Translations under genes and position numbers: made by a program | In this document: piece after piece, positions 61,692 through 64,000 of the stretch | How positions within the stretch are numbered: position 1 is the first letter of the stretch | Layout of the letters: each line of letters opens with the position of its first letter | From: Squalus acanthias | Taxonomy: Eukaryota | Direction: 5' to 3' | DNA length: 64,000 nucleotides | Assembly (NCBI GenBank): GCA_030390025.1 | Contig: CM059442.1 | Coordinates: 27,032,001-27,096,000, forward strand | The notes under the pieces: model-generated | The model's input: only the letters and a program-made list of their open reading frames with translations | The model's database searches: none | Told to the model about the DNA's origin: nothing

Positions 61692-64000
61692 TGTTTAAAC
61701 TAATTTGTCAGGGGGATGGGAAAAAGGGCTGTAGTCCAGGAGCCAGTGGTGAGTGTAGGGAGGTACTGAGGAGGGTATCAAGGTCGCAGGAATGTACCGG
61801 CAGACAGGAAGGTGGCTTGAAGTGTGTCTACTTCAATGCAAGGAGCATCCGGAATAAGGTAGGAGAACTTGGAGCGTGGATTGGTACTTGGGACTACGAT
61901 GTGGTGGCCATTACGGAGACATGGTTAGAACAGGGACAGGAATGGTTGTTGGAAGTTCCGGGGTATAGATGTTTCAGTAAGAGTAGGGAAGGTGGTAAGA
62001 AAGGTGGAGGAGTAGCATTGTTAATCAAGGATAGTTTAACAGCGGCAGAAAGGCAGTTCGAGGGGGATCTGCCGTCTGAGGTAATATGGGCTGAAGTTAG
62101 AAATAGGAAAGGAGCGGTCACGTTGTTAGGAGTTTTCTACAGGCCCCCAAATAGTAATAGAGATGTGGAGGAAGAAATTGCAAAGCAGATTATGAATAGG
62201 TGTGGAGGTCACAGAGTAGTTGTCATGGGTGACTTCAACTTTCCAAATATTGATTGGAACCTTTATAGGTCAAACAGTTCGGATGGGATAGTTTTTGCAC
62301 AGTGTGTGCAGGAGAGTTTCCTGACACAATATGTGGATAGGCCGACAAGAGGTGGGGCCACATTGGATTTGGTACTGGGTAATGAACCGGGCCAAGTGTT
62401 TGATTTGTATGTGGGAGAGCACTTTGGAGATAGTGACCACAATTCGGTGACTTTCACTATTGCAATGGAGAGGGATAGGGCCATATGGCACTGCAGGGTT
62501 TATAATTGGGGGAGGGGTAATTGTGATGCGATTAGGCAAGAATTAGGGAGCATAAGATGGGAACAGAAACTATCAGGGAAAGGCACAAACAAAAAGTGGA
62601 GCTTTTTCATGGAGCAATTACTGCGTGTCCTTGATAGGTATGTCCCTGTCAGGCAGGGAGGAAACGGCCGAGTGAGAAAACCATGGTTCACAAAAGAGGT
62701 TGAATGTCTAGTCAAGAGGAAAAAGGAAGCGTATGTAAGGATGAGAAAACAAGGTTCAGTTGGGTCGATTGAGGGGTACAAAGTAGCAAGGAATGAGCTA
62801 AAAAAAGAGCTTAGGAGAGCTAGGAAGGGGCATGAGAAGTCCTTGGCGGGTCGGATCAAGGAAAACCCCAAGGCTTTTTACTCTTATGTGAGAAATAAAA
62901 GAATGACCAGGGTGAGGGTAGGGCTGGTCAAGGACAGTAGTGGGAACTTGTGCATGGAGTCAGAAGAGATAGGAGAGGTGATGAATGAATACTTTTCGTC
63001 AGTGTTCACCGAGGAGAGGGGCCATGTTTTTGAGGATGAGAGTGTGATAAAGGTAGATAGGCTGGAGAAGGTAGATGTTCTGAGGGAAGATGTTTTAGCA
63101 ATTTTGAAGAACCTGAGGGTCGATAAGTCCCCTGGGCCAGATGGGATATATCCTAGGATTCTTTGGGAGGCAAGGGAGGAGATTGCAGAGCCTTTGGCTT
63201 TGATCTTTGGGTCCTCACTGTCCACGGGGATGGTGCCAGAGGACTGGAGAGTGGCGAATGTTGTTCCTCTCTTCAAGAAAGGAAATAGGAATGACCCTGG
63301 TAATTATAGGCCGGTTAGTCTTACTTCGGTGGTTGGTAAGATAATGGAAAAGGTCCTGAGGGATAGGATTTATGACCATTTGGAAAGATGCAACTTAATC
63401 GGGATAGTCAACACGGATTCGTGAAGGGTAAGTCTTGCCTAACAAATTTGATTGAATTCTTTGAGGAGGTAACTAAGTGTGTAGATGAAGGTAGAGCAGT
63501 TGATGTCGTATACATGGATTTTAGTAAGGCGTTTGATAAGGTTCCCCATGGTCGGCTCATGAAGAAAGTAAGAGTTGTGGGATAGAGGGAAATTTGGCCG
63601 ATTGGATAAGTAACTGGCTATCTCATAGAAGGCAGAGGGTGGTGGTGGATGGAAAATTTTCGGACTGGAGACCAGTTACCAGCGGTGTGCCACAGGGGTC
63701 GGTGCTGGGTCCTCTGCTGTTTGTGATTTTTATCAATGACTTGGAGGAGGGGACTGAAGGGTGGATCAGTAAATTTGCTGATGACACCAAGATTGGTGGA
63801 GTAGTGGATGAGGTGGAGGGCAGTTGTAGGCTGCAAAGAGACATTGATAGGATGCAGAGCTGGGCCGAAAAATGGCAGATGGAATTTAACCCTGATAAGT
63901 GCGAGGTGATTCATTTTGGTAGGGCAAATTTGAATAAGGATTACAGGGTCAACGGCAGGGTTCTGAGGAACGTGGAGGAACAGAGGGATCTGGGGGTTCA
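61692..64000 (+). mobile_element. Young CR1 of a different subfamily, starting at the ORF1 stop; ORF2 frameshifted near 63400 and 63580; runs off the window
   Basis: GTTTAAACTAA ORF1 end; YFNARSIRNK, ITETWL, MGDFN, DSDH, NYRPVSLTS, GVPQGSVLGP, KFADDTK. Confidence 0.95.

Overview
Repeat-dense vertebrate genomic DNA, very likely from an elasmobranch (shark), judged from an HE1-type V-SINE, SacSINE1-like Deu-domain SINEs and many CR1/HER1-type LINEs. It holds one complete gene, GPRC5B, on the + strand: a CpG-rich promoter and non-coding exon 1 ending at about 10900, then coding exons 19699-20710, 21230-21339 and 23345-23389 (388 aa). The likely last coding exon of IQCK (24932-25053, - strand, missing from the ORF track) lies tail-to-tail with it, and the sequence above 25054 is probably IQCK intron. 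The rest is transposable elements: a near-intact full-length CR1 with a monomer-repeat 5' UTR, many CR1 fragments, an L2, a second LINE family whose 5'-complete copy starts with a tRNA-like Pol III head, Harbinger remnants and MITEs, three solo LTRs, LF-SINE-like and AmnSINE2-like elements, and a large unexplained inverted repeat. Family assignments rest on recalled consensus motifs, not database searches, and boundaries of degenerate elements are approximate.
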